In this document: positions 40,740 through 55,200 of the stretch, piece by piece
Layout: each line of letters opens with the position of its first letter
How positions within the stretch are numbered: the stretch's first letter is position 1
Source of the DNA: the human T2T-CHM13v2.0 reference genome, Homo sapiens
Reading direction: 5' to 3' (one strand)
NCBI RefSeq assembly: GCF_009914755.1
Contig: NC_060933.1
DNA length: 64,000 nt
The notes under the pieces: model-generated
The model's input: only the letters and a program-made list of their open reading frames with translations
Told to the model about the DNA's origin: nothing
The model's database searches: none
Made by a program: the position numbers and the translations under genes

Positions 40740-43700
40740 AATGGAATGGAATCAACCCGAGTGCAATCGAATGAAATCGAATGGAATGGAATGCAATGGA
40801 ATGGATTCAACTTGAATGGAATGGAAAGAATGGAATCAACACGAGTGGAAGGGCATGGATTGGAATGCAATGGAATGGAATCAACCCGAGTACAGGGGAA
40901 TGGAATGGAATGGAATATAATGGAATGGAATCATCCGTAATGGAATGGAAAGGAATGGAATGGAATGGAATGGAATGGAATGGAATGGAATCAACTCGAT
41001 TGCAATTGAATGGAATGGAATGGAATTAACCCGAATAGAATGGAATGGAATGGAATGGAATGGAATGGAACGGAAAGGAAGGGAATGGAATGGAATAGAA
41101 TGGAATGGAATGGAATCAACGCGAGTGCAGGGGAATGGAATGGAATGGAATGCAATGGAATGGAATCTTCCGGAATGGAATGGAATGGAATGGAATGGAA
41201 TGGAATGGAATGGAATCAACCAGAGTGCAATGGAATGGAGTGGAATAGAATGGAATGGAATGGAACAACCCGAATGGAATGGAATGTAATGGAGAGAAAG
41301 GGAGTTGAATAGAATCAATCCGAATGTAATGGAATGGAATGGAACGGAATGGAATTGAATGGAATGGAATGGAATGCAATGGAATGGAATCAACCCGAGT
41401 TCAATGGAATGGAGAGGAATGGAATGGAATTGAATGGAAACTACCCGAATGGAATGGAATGTAATGGAGTGTAAGGGAATTGAATAGAATCAAACCGAAT
41501 GTCATGGAATGGAATGGAACGGAATGGAATGGAATGGAATGGAATGGAATGGAATGCAATGGAATGGAATCAACCCGAGTGCAATCGAATGGAATCAAAT
41601 GGAATGGAATGCAATGGAATGGATTCAACTTGAATGGAATGGAAAGAATGGAATCAACACGAGTGGAATGGCATGGATTGGAATGGAATGGAATGGAATC
41701 AACCCGAGTACAGGGGAATGGAATGGAATGGAATGCAATGGAATGGAATCATCCGTAATGGAATGGAAAGGAATAGAATGGAATGGAATGGAATGGAATG
41801 GAATGGAATGGAATGGAATCAACTCGATTGCAATCGAATGGAATGGAATGGAATTAACCCGAATAGAATGGAATTGAATGGAATGGAACGGAACGGAATG
41901 GAATGGAATGGAATGGAATGGAACGGAAAGGAAGGGAATGGAATGGAATAGAATGGAATGGAATGGAATCAACGCGAGTGCAGGGGAATGGAATGGAATG
42001 GAATGCAATGGAATGGAATCTTCCGGAACGGAATGGAATGGAATGGAATGGAATGGAATGGAATCAACCCGAATGCAATGGAATGGAGTGGAATGGAATG
42101 GAATGGAATGGAACAACCCGAATGAAATGGAATGTAATGGAGAGTAAGGGAGTTGAATAGAATCAATCCGAATGTAATGGAATGTTATGGAACGGAATGG
42201 AATTGAATGGAATGGAATGGAATGCAATGGAATGGAATCAACCCGAGTGCAATGGAATGGAGAGGAATGGAATGGAATGGAATGGAAACTACACGAATGG
42301 AATGGAAGCTAATGGAGTGTAAGGGAATTGAATAGAATCAATCCGAATGTAATGGAATGGAATGGAACGGAATGGAATGGAATGGAATGGAATGGAATGG
42401 AATGGAATGGAATGCAATGGAATGGAATCAACCCGAGTGCAATCAAATGGAATCGAATTGAATGGAATGCAATGGAATGGATTCAACTTGAATGGAATGG
42501 AAAGAATGGAATCAACACGAGTGGAATGGCATGGATAGGAATGGAATGGAATGGAATCAACCCGAGTACAGGGGAATGGAATGGAATGGAATGCAATGGA
42601 ATGTAATCATCCGTAATGGAATGGAAAGGAATGGAATGGAATGGAATGGAATGGAATGGAATGGAATGGAATGGAATGGAATCAACGCGAGTGCAGGGGA
42701 ATGGAATGGAATGGAATGCAATGGAATGGAATCTTCCGGAATTTAATGGAATGGAATGGAATGGAATGAAATGCAATGGATTCAACTCGATTGCAATGGA
42801 ATGCAATAGAATGGAATGGAATGGAATGGAATGGAATTAATCCGAATAGAATGGAATGGAATGGAATGGAACGGAATAGAACGGAATGGAATGGAATGGA
42901 ATGGAATGGAATGGAATGGTATGGAATGGAATGGAATGGAACGGAATAGAATGGAATGGAACGAATTGTAATGGAATGGAATGGAATGGTATGGAATGGA
43001 ATGGAATGGAATGGAATCAACGCGAGTGCAGGGGAATGTAATGGAAAGGAATGCAATGGAATGGAATCATCCGGAATGGAATGGAATGGAATGAAATGGA
43101 ATGGAATGGAATCAACCCGAGTGCAATGGAATGGAGTGGAATGGAATGGAATGGAATGGAACAACCCGAATGGAATGGAATGTAATGGAGAGTAACGGAG
43201 TTGAATAGAATCAATCCGAATGTAATGGAATGGAATGCAACGGAATGGAATGACATGGAATGGAATGGAATGCAATGGAATTGAATCAACCCGAGTACAA
43301 TGGAATGGAATGGAATGGAATGGAATGGAATGGAATGGAATGATACGGAATAGAATGGAATGGAACGAAATGGAATGGAATGGAATGGAATGGAATGGAA
43401 TGGAATGGAATCGTTCCGAGTGGAATAGGAGGGAATGTATTCGAGTGGAATGGAAAGCAATGGTATCAACCAGAGTGGAATGGAAGGGAATGGAATGGAA
43501 TGGAAACTAATAGAATGGAATCAACCCGAGTGGAATGGAATGGAAATGACTGGAATGGAATGGAATGGAATGGAATCAACTCGATTGTAATGGAATGGAA
43601 TGGAATGGAATGGAATGTAATGGAATGGAATTAACCCGAATAAAATGGAATGGAATGGAATGGAACGGAATGGAGTGGAATGGAATGGAATCAACCCGAG

Positions 43701-44460
43701 TGCAGGGGAATGGATTGGAATGGAATGCAATGGAATGGAATCATCCGGAATGGAATGGAATGGAATGGAATGCAAAGCAATGGAATCAACTCGATTGCAA
43801 TGGAATGGAATGGAATGGAAAGGAGTATATTGGAATCAACCCGAGTGGAATGGAATGGAAAGGACTGGAATGGAGTGGAATGGAATGGAATGGAATGGAA
43901 TGGAATGGAATGGAATCAACTCGACTGGAATGGAATGGAATGGAATGGAATGGAATGGAATTAACCCGAATAAAATGGAATGGAATGGAATGGAAAGGAA
44001 CGGAATGGAATGGAATGGAATGGAATGGAATGGAATCAACCCGACTGCAGGGGAATGGAATGGAATGGAAGGCAATGGAATGGATTCAACTTGAATGGAA
44101 TGGAAAGAATGGAATCAACACGAGTGGAATGGCATGGATTGGAATGGAATAGAATGGAATCAACCCGAGTAAAGGGGAATGGAATGGAATGGAATGCAAT
44201 GGAATGGAATCATCCGTAATGGAATGGAAAGGAATGGAATGGAATGGAATGAAATGGAATAGAATGGAATCAACTCGTTTGCAATCGAATGGAATGGAAT
44301 GGAATTAACCCGAATAGAATGGAATGGAATGGAATGGAACGGAACGGAACGGAATGGAACGGAACGGAGTGGAATGGAATGGAATGGAATTGTATGGAAT
44401 GGAATGGCATGGTACGGAATAGAATGGAATGGAAAGAATTGGAATGGAATGGAATCGAAT
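40740..44460 (+). repeat. Older, more diverged paralog of the ~3.97 kb unit
   Basis: It carries the same ordered diagnostics ~12.6 kb from copy 1: GAAGGGCATGG, TTGCAATTGAAT, CCGAGTTCAAT, AACTACACG, GGTATCAACCAGAG, CCGAATAAAAT and CAACTCGTTT. It has more SNPs and lacks the 115-bp internal duplication. Confidence 0.8.
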
Positions 44461-45724
44461 GGAATGGAATGGAATGGAATGGAATCAACCCGAGTGCAGG
44501 GGAATGTAATGGAAAGGAATACAATGGAATGGAATCATCCGGAATGGAATGGAATGGAATGGAATGGAATGGAATGGAATGGAATGGAATCAACCCGAGT
44601 GCAATGGAATGGAGTGGAATGGAATGGAATGGAATGGAACAACCCGAATGGAATGGAATGAAATGGAGAGTAAGGGAGTTGAATAGAATCAATCCGAATG
44701 TAATGGAATGGAACGGAATGGAACGGAATGGAATGGAATGGAATGCAATGGAATGCAATGGAATGGAATCAACCCGAGTACAATGGAACGGAATGGAATG
44801 GAATGGAATGGAATGGAAAGGAATGGAATGGAATGGAATGGAATCAACCCGAGTGCAATGGAATGGAGAGGAATGGAATGGAATGGAATGGAAACTACCC
44901 GAATGGAATGGAATGGAATGGAGCGTAAGGGAATTGAATAGAATCAATCCGAATGGAATGGAATGGAATGGAACGGAATGTAATGGAATGGAATGGAATG
45001 GAATCAACCCGAGTGCAGACGAATGGAATGGAATGGAATGCAATGGAAAGGAATCATCCGGAATGGAATGGAATGGAATGCAATGGAGTGGAATGGAATG
45101 GAATCAACCCGAGTGCAATGGAATGGAGTGAAATGGAATGGAATGGAATGGAAACAACCAGAATGGATTGGAATATAATGGAGTGTAAGGGAATTGAATA
45201 GAATCAATCTGAATGTAATGAAATGGAATGGAACGGAATGGAATGGAATGGAATGGAATGGAATGGAATGCAATGGAATGGAATCAACCCGAGTGCAATC
45301 GAATGGAATCGAATGGAATGGAATGCAATGGAATGGATTCAACTTGAATGGAAAGGAAAGAATGGAATCAACACGAGTGGAATGGCATGGATTGGAATGG
45401 AATGGAATGGAATCAACCCGAGTACAGGTGAATGGAATGGAATGGAATGCAATAGAATGGAATCATCAGTAATGGAATGGAAAGGAATGGAAAGGACTGG
45501 AATGGAATGGAATGTAATGGAATGGAATGGAATCAACTCGATTGCAATCGAATGGAATGGAATGGAATGGAATCAACTCGATTGCAATCGAATGGAATGG
45601 AATGGAATTAACCCGAATAGAAAGGAATGGAATGGAATGGAACGGAACGGAATGGAATGGAATGGAATGGAATGGAACGGAAAGGAATGGAATGGAATGG
45701 AATGGAATGGAATGGAATGGAATG

Positions 45725-48700
45725 GAATCAACCCGAGTACAATGGAATGGAGTGGAATGGAATGGAATGGAATGGAACAACCCGAATGGAATGGAATGTA
45801 ATGGAGAGTAAGGGAGTTGAATAGAATCAATCCGAATGTAATGGAATGGAATGGAACGGAATGGAATTGAATGGAATGGAATGGAATGCAATGGAATGGA
45901 ATCAACCCGAGTGCAATGGAATGGAGAGGAATGGAATGGAATGGAATGGAAACTACCCGAATGGAATGGAATGTAATGGAGTGTAAGGCAATTGAATAGA
46001 ATCAATCCGAATGTAATGGAATGGAATGGAACGGAATGGAATGGAATGGAATGGAATGGAATGGAATGGAATGCAATGGAATGGAATCAACCCGAGTGCA
46101 ATCGAATGGAATCGAATGGAATGGAATGCAATGGAATGGATTCAACTTGAATGGAATGGAAAGAATGGAATCAACACGAGTGGAATGGCATGGATTGGAA
46201 TGGAATGGAATGGAATCAACCTGAGTACAGGGGAATGGAATGGAATGGAATGCAATGGAATGGAATCATCCGTAATGGAATGGAAAGGAATGGAATGGAA
46301 TGGAATGGAATGGAATGGAATGGAATCAACTCGATTGCAATCGAAAGGAATGGAATGGAATTAACCCGAATAGAATGGAATGGAATGGAATAGAACGGAA
46401 CGGAATGGAATGGAATGGAATGGAACGGAACGGAATGGAATGGAATGGAATGGAATGGAATAAACGCGAGTGCAGGGGAATGGAATGGAATGGAATGCAA
46501 TGGAATGGAAACTTCCGGAATGGAATGGAATGGAATGGAATGAAATGCAATGGATTCAACTCGATTGCAATGGAATGGAATAGAATGGAATGGAATGGAA
46601 TGGAATGGAATTAATCCGAATAGAATGGAATGGTATGGAATGGAATGGAATGGTACGGAATAGAATGGAATGGAACGAATTGTAATGGAATGGAATTGAA
46701 TGGAATGGAATGGAATGGAATGGAATCAACGCGAGTGCAGGGGAATGTAATGGAACGGAATGCAATGGAATGGAATCATCTGGAATGGAATGGAATGGAA
46801 TGGAATGGAATGGAATCAACCCGAGTGCAATGGAATGGAGTGGAATGGAATGGAATGGAATGGAACAACCCGAATGGAATGGAATGTAATGGAGAGTAAG
46901 GGAGTTGAATAGAATCAATCCGAATGTAATGGAATGGAATGCAACGGAATGGAATGGAATGGAATGGAATGGAATGCAATGGAATGGAATCAACCCGAGT
47001 ACAATGGAATGGAATGGAATGGAATGGAATGGAATGGAATGGAATGGAATGGAATGATACGGAATAGAATGGAATCGAACGAAATGGAATGGAATGGAAT
47101 GGAATGGAATGGAATGGAATGGAATGGAATGGAATGGAATCGTTCCGAGTGGAATAGGAGGGAATGTATTCGAGTGGAATGGAAAGGAATGGAATCAACC
47201 AGAGTGGAATGGAAGGGAATGGAATGGAATGGAATGGAAAGGAATGGAATGCAATGGAATGGAATCAAACCGAGTGCAATCGAATGGAATCGAATGGAAT
47301 GGAATGTAATGGAATGGATTCAACTTGAACGGAATGGAAAGAATGGAATCAACACGAGTGGAATGGCATGGATTGGAATGGAATGGAATGGAATCAACCC
47401 GAGTACAGGGGAATGGAATGGAATGGAATGCAATGGAATGGAATCATCCGTAATGGAATGGAAAGGAATGGAATGGAATGGAATGCAATGGAATGGAATC
47501 ATCCGTAATGGAATGGAAAGGAATGGAATGGAATGGAATGGAATGGAATGGAATGGAATCAACTCGATTGCAATCGAATGGAATGGAATGGAATTACCCG
47601 AATAGAATGGAATGGAATGGAATGGAACGGAACGGAACGGAATGGAATGGAATGGAATGGAATGGAATGGAACGGAAAGGAAGGGAATGGAATGGAATAG
47701 AATGGAATGGAATGGAATCAACGCGAGTGCAGGGGAATGGAATGGAATGGAATGCAATGGAATGGAATCTTCCGGAATGGAATGGAATGGAATGGAGTGG
47801 AATGGAATGGAATCAACCCGAGTACAATGGAATGGAGTGGAATGGAATGGAATGGAATGGAACAACCCGAATGGAATGGAATGTAATGGAGAGTAAGGGA
47901 GTTGAATAGAATCAATCCGAATGTAATGGAATGGAATGGAACGGAATGGAATGGAATGGAATGGAAAGGAATGCAATGGAATGGAATCAACCTGAGTGCA
48001 ATGGAATGGAGAGGAATGGAATGGAATGGAATGGAAACTACCCGAATGGAATGGAATGTAATGGAGTGTAAGGCAATTGAATGGAATCAATCCGAATGTA
48101 ATGGAATGGAATGGAACGGAATGGAATGGAATGGAATGGAATGGAATGGAATGGAATGCAATGGAATGGAATCAACTCGAGTGCAATCGAATGGAATCGA
48201 ATGGAATGGAATGCAATGGAATGGATTCAACTTGAATGGAATGGAAAGAATGGAATCAACACGAGTGGAATGGCATGGATTGGAATGGAATGGAATGGAA
48301 TCAACCCGAGTAGAGGGGAATGGAATGGAATGGAATGCAATGGAATGGAATCATCCGTAATGGAATGGAAAGGAATGGAATGGAATGGAATGGAATGGAA
48401 TGGAATGGAATGGAATGCAATCAACTCGATTGCAATCGAATGGAATGGAATGGAATTAACCCGAATAGAATGGAATGGAATGGAATGGAACGGAACGGAA
48501 TGGAATGGAATGGAATGGAACGGAACGGAATGGAATGCAATGGAATGGAATGGAATCAACGCGAGTGCAGGGGAATGGAATGGAATGGAATGCAATGGAA
48601 TGGAAACTTCCGGAATGGAATGGAATGGAATGGAATGGAATGCAATGGATTCAACTCGATTGCAATGGAATGGAATAGAATGGAATGGAATGGAATGGAA

Positions 48701-51700
48701 TGGAATTAATCCGAATAGAATGGAATGGTATGGAATGGAATGGAATGGTACGGCATAGAATGGAATGGAACGAATTGTAATGGAATGGAATTGAATGGAA
48801 TGGAATGGAATGGAATGGGATCAACGCGAGTGCAGGGGAATGTAATGGAACGGAATGCAATGGAATGGAATCATCCGGAATGGAATGGAATGGAATGGAA
48901 TGGAATGGAATCAACCCGAGTGCAATGGAATGGAGTGGAATGGAATGGAATGGAATGGAACAACCCGAATGGAATGGAATGTAATGGAGAGTAAGGGAGT
49001 TGAATAGAATCAATCCGAATGTAATGGAATGGAATGCAACGGAATGGAATGGAATGGAATGGAATGGAATGCAATGGAATGGAATCAACCCGAGTACAAT
49101 GGAATGGAATGGAATGGAATGGAATGGAATGGAATGATACGGAATAGAATGGAATGGAACGAAATGGAATGGAATGGAATGGAATGGAATGGAATGGAAT
49201 GGAATGGAATGGAATGGAATAGTTCCGAGAGGAATAGGAGGGAATGTATTCGAGTGGAATGGAAAGGAATGGAATCAACCAGAGTGGAATGGAAGGGAAT
49301 GGAATGGAATGGAATGGAATGGAATGCAATGGAATGGAATCAAACCGAGTGCAATCGAATGCAATCGAATGGAATGGAATGCAATGGAATGGATTCAACT
49401 TGAATGGAATGGAAATAATGGAATCAACACGAGTGGAATGGCATGGATGGGAATGCAATGGAATGGAATCAACCCGAGTACAGGGGAATGGAATGGAATG
49501 GAATGCAATGGAATGGAATCATCCGTAATGGAATGGAAAGGAATGGAATGGAATGGAATGGAATGGAATGGAATGCAATCAACTCGATTGCAATCGAATG
49601 GAATGGAATGGAATTAACCCGAATAGAATGGAATGGAATGGAATGGAACGGAACGGAATGGAATGGAATGGAATGGAATGGAATGGAATGGAACGGAAAG
49701 GAAGGGAATGGAATGGAATAGAATGGAATGGAATGGAATCAACGCGAGTGCAGGGGAATGGAATGGAATGGAATGCAATGGAATGGAATCTTCCGGAATG
49801 GAATGGAATGGAATGGAATGCAATGGAATGGAATCTTCCGGAATGGAATGGAATGGAATGGAATGGAATGCAATGGATTCAACTTGATTGCAATGGAATG
49901 GAATAGAATGGAATGGAATGGAATGGAACGGAATTAATCCGAATAGAATGGAATGGTATGGAATGGAATGGAATGGTACGGAATAGAATGGAATGGAACG
50001 AATTGTAATGGAATGGAATTGAATGGAATGGAATGGAATGGAATGGAATCAACGCGAGTGCAGGGGAATGTAATGGAACGGAATGCAATGGAATGGAATC
50101 ATCCGGAATGGAATGGAATGGAATGGAATGGAATGGAATGGAATGGAATCAACTCGAGTGCAATGGAATGGAGTGGAATGGAATGGAATGGAATGGAACA
50201 ACCCGAATGGAATGGAATGTAATGGAGAGTAAGGGAGTTGAATAGAATCAATCCGAATGTAATGGAATGGAATGCAACGGAATGGAATGGAATGGAATGG
50301 AATGGAATGCAATGGAATGGAATCAACCCGAGTACAATGGAATGGAATGGAATGGAATGGAATGGAATGGAATGGAATGGAATGATACGGAATAGAATGG
50401 AATGGAACGAAATGGAATGGAATGGAATGGAATGGAATGGAATGGAATGGAATGGAATGGAATGGAATCGTTCCGAGTGGAATAGGAGGGAATGTATTCG
50501 AGTGGAATGGAAAGGAATGGAATCAACCAGAATGGAATGGAAGGGAATGGAATGGAATGGAATGGAATGGAATGGAATGCAATGGAATGGAATCAAACCG
50601 AGTGCAATCGAATGGAATCGAATGGAATGGAATGCAATGGAATGGATTCAACTTGAATGGAATGGAAAGAATGGAATCAACACGAGTGGAATGGCATGGA
50701 TTGGAATGGAATGGAATGGAATCAACCCGAGTACAGGGGAATGGAATGGAATGGAATGCAATGGAATGGAATCATCCGTAATGGAATGGAAAGGAATGGA
50801 ATGGAATGGAATGGAATGGAATGGAATCAACTCGATTGCAATCGAATGGAATGGAATGGAATTAACCCGAATAGAATGGAATGGAATGGAATGGAACGGA
50901 ACGGAACGGAACGGAATGGAATGGAATGGAATGGAATGGAATGGAATGGAATGGAACGGAAAGGAAGGGAATGGAATGGAATAGAATGGAATGGAATGGA
51001 ATCAACGCGAGTGCAGGGGAATGGAATGGAATGGAATGCAATGGAATGGAATCTTCCGGAATGGAATGGAATGGAATGGAATCAACCCGAGTACAATGGA
51101 ATGGAGTGGAATGGAATGGAATGGAATGGAACAACCCGAATGGAATGGAATGTAATCGAGAGTAAGGGAGTTGAATAGAATCAATCCGAATGTAATGGAA
51201 TGGAATGGAACGGAATGGAATTGAATGGAATGGAATGGAATGCAATGGAATGGAATCAACCCGAGTGCAATGGAATGGAGAGGAATGGAATGGAATGGAA
51301 TGGAAACTACCCGAATGGAATGGAATGTAATGGAGTGTAAGGCAATTGAATAGAATCAATCCGAATGTAATGGAATGGAATGGAACGGAATGGAATGGAA
51401 TGGAATGGAATGGAATGGAATGGAATGCAATGGAATGGAATCAACCCGAGTGCAATCGAATGGAATCGAATGGAATGGAATGCAATGGAATGGATTCAAC
51501 TTGAATGGAATGGAAAGAATGGAATCAACACGAGTGGAATGGCATGGATTGGAATGGAATGGAATGGAATCAACCCGAGTACAGGGGAATGGAATGGAAT
51601 GGAATGCAATGGAATGGAATCATCCGTAATGGAATGGAAAGGAATGGAATGGAATGGAATGGAATGGAATGGAATGGAATGGAATGGAATCAACTCGATT

Positions 51701-52210
51701 GCAATCGAATGGAATGGAATGGAATTAACCCGAATAGAATGGAATGGAATGGAATGGAACGGAACGGAATGGAATGGAATGGAATGGAACGGAACGGAAT
51801 GTAATGGAATGGAATGGAATGGAATCAACGCGAGTGCAGTGGAATGGAATGGAATGGAATGCAATGGAATGGAAACTTCCGGAATGGAATGGAATGGAAT
51901 GTAATGAAATGCAGTGGATTCAACTCGATTGCAATGGAATGGAATAGAATGGAATGGAATGGAATGGAATGGAATTAATCCGAATAGAATGGAATGGTAT
52001 GGAATGGAATGGAATGGTACGGAATAGAATGGAATGGAACGAATTGTAATGGAATGGAATTGAATGGAATGGAATGGAATGGAATGGAATCAACGCGAGT
52101 GCAGGGGAATGTAATGGAACGGAATGCAATGGAATGGAATCATGCGGAATGGAATGGAATGGAATGGAATGGAATGGAATGGAATCAACCCGAGTGCAAT
52201 GGAATGGAGT
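45725..52210 (+). repeat. Array of ~2.09 kb units (two full, one 5'-truncated, one partial)
   Basis: TTAATCCGAATAGAATGGAATGGTATGG lies at ~46611, 48706, 49934 and 51975. GTGTAAGGCAATTG lies at ~45981, 48066 and 51336, and ATCAAACCGAGTGCAATCG at ~47264, 49339 and 50592. ORF pairs 46026/48111 (2085) and 46630/48725 (2095) agree. Confidence 0.82.
49785..49844. promoter_or_regulatory. Pair of perfect heat-shock elements 45 bp apart
   Basis: GGAATCTTCCGGAAT begins at 49785 and again at 49830. Confidence 0.55.
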
Positions 52211-55200
52211 GGAATGGAATGGAATGGAATGGAATGGAATGGAATGGAATGGAATGGAATCAACTCGATTGCAATCGAATGGAAAGGAATGGAATTAACC
52301 CGAATAGAATGGAATGGAATGGAATGGAACGGAACGGAACGGAATGGAATGGAATGGAATGGAACGGAAAGGAATGGAATGGAATGGAATGGAATGGAAT
52401 GGAATGGAATGGAATCAACGCGAGTGCAGGGGAATGGAATGGAATGGAATGCAATGGAATGGAATCTTCCGGAATGGAATGGAATTGAATGGAATGGAAT
52501 GGAATAAACCCTAGTGCAATGGAATGGAGTGGAATGGAATGGAATGGAATGGAATAATCCGAATGGAATGGAATGTAATGCAGACTAAGGGAGTTGAATA
52601 GAATCAATCCGAATGTAATGGAATGGAATGGAACGGAATGGAATGGAATGGAATGGAATGGAATGGAATGGAATGGAATGGAATGCAATGGAATGGAATC
52701 AACCCGAGTGCAATCGAATGGACTCGAATGGAATGGAATGCAATGGAATGGATTCAACTTGAATGGAATGGAAAGAATGGAATCAACACGAGTGGAAGGG
52801 CATGGATTGGAATGCAATAGAATGGAATCAACCCGAGTACAGGGGAATGGAATGGAATGGAATGCAACGGAATGGAATCATCCGTAATGGAATGGAAAGG
52901 AATGAAATGGAATGGAATGGAATGGAATGGAATGGAATGGAATGGAATGGAATGGAATGGAAAGGAATCAACACGATTGCAATCGAATGGAATGGAATGG
53001 AATTAACCCGAATAGAATGGAATGGAATGGAATGGAACGGAACGGAACGGAATGGAATGGAATGGAATGGAATGGAACGGAACGGAACGGAACGGAATGG
53101 AATGGAATGGAATGGAATGGAATGGAATCAACGCGAGTGCAGGGGAATGGAATGGAATGGAATGCAATGGAATTGAATCTTCCGGAATGGAATAGAATGG
53201 AATGAAATGCAATGGATTCAACTCGATTGCAATGGAATGGAATAGAATGGAATGGAATGGAATGGAATGGAATTAACCCGAATAGAATGGAATGGAATGG
53301 AATGGAACGGAATGGAATGAAATGGAATGGAATGGAATGGAATAGTATGGAATGGAATGGAATGGTACGGAATAGAATGGAATGGAACGAATTGTAATGG
53401 AATGGAATTGAATGGAATGGAATGGAATGGAATGGAATCAACGCGAGTGCAGGGGAATGTAATGGAACGGAATGCAATAGAATGGAATCATCCGGAATGG
53501 AATGGAATGGAAAGAAATGGAATCAACCCGAGTGCAATGGAATAGAGTGGAATGGAATGGAATCGAATGGAACAACCCGAATGGAATGGAATGTAATGGA
53601 GAGTAAGGGAGTTGAATAGAATCAATCCGAATGTAATGGAATGGAATGCAACGGAATGGAATGGAATGGAATGGAATGGAATGGAATGGAATGGAATGGA
53701 ATGGAATGCAAAGGAATGGAATCAACCCGAGTGGAATGGCATGGAATGGAATGCAATGGAATGGAATGGAATGGAATCAACTCGAGTGGAAAGGAATGGA
53801 ATGGAATGGAAAGGAATGGAATGAAATCAACTCGAGTGGAATGGAATGGAATGGAATAGATTGGAATGGATTGCAACGGAATGAAATGGAATTGAACGGA
53901 ATGGAATCAATCATTCCGAGTGGAATGGAAGGGAATGTAATGGAGTGGAAATAAGGGAATGGAATCAACCCGATTGGAATGCAGGGCAATGGAATGGAAT
54001 GGAAAGGAATGGAATGGAATCAACTCGATTGCAATGGAATGGAATGGAATGGAATGGAATGGAATCAACTCGATTGCAATCGAATGGAATGGAATGCAAT
54101 TAACCCGAATAGAATGGAATGGAATGGAATGGAACAGAACGGAATGGAATGGAATGGAATGGAATGGAACGGAACGGAACGGAATGGATGGAATGGAATG
54201 GAATGGAATGGAATGGAAACAACGCGAGTGCAGGGGAATGGAATGGAATGGAACGCAATGGAATGGAAACTTCCGGAATGGAATGGAATGGAATGGAATG
54301 GAATGAAATGCAATGGATTCAACTCGATTGCAATGGAATGGAATAGAATGCAATGGAATGGAATGGAATGGAATGGAATTAACCCGAATAGAATGGAATG
54401 GAATGGAATGGAAAGGAATGGAGTGCAATGGAATGGAATCAACCCGAGTGCAGGGGAATGGAATGGAATGGAATGAAATGGAATGGAATCATCCGGAATG
54501 GAATGGAATGGAATGGAATGCAAAGCAATGGAATCAACTCGATTGCAATGGAATGGAATGGAATGGAAAGGAATACATTGGAATCAACCCGAGTGGAATG
54601 GAATGGAAAGGACTGGAATGGAATGGAATGGAATGGAATGGAATGGAATCAACTCGATTGGAATGGAATGGAATGGAATGGAATGGAATTAACCCGAATA
54701 GAATGGAATGGAATGGAATGGAACGGAACGGAATGGAATGGAATGGAATGGAATGGAATAGAATCAACCCGACTGCAGGGGAATGGAATGGAATGGAATG
54801 GAAAGGAATGGAACGGAATGGAATGCAATGGAATGGAATCTTCCGGAATGGAATGGAATGGAATGGAATGGAATGCAATGGATTCAACTCGATTGCAATG
54901 GAATGGAATAGAATAGAATGGAATGGAATGGAATGGAATGGAATTAAACCGAATAGAATGGAATGGAATGGAATGGAACGGAACAGAACGGAACGGAACG
55001 GAACGGAGTGGAATGGAATGGAATGGAATTGTACGGAATGGAATGGAATGGTAAGGAATAGAATGGAATGGAAAGAATTGGAATGGAATGGTATCGAATG
55101 GAATGGAATGTAATGGAATGGAATCAACCCGAGTGCAGGGGAATGTAATGGAACGGAATGCAATGGAATGGAATCATCCGGAATGGAATGGAATGGAATG

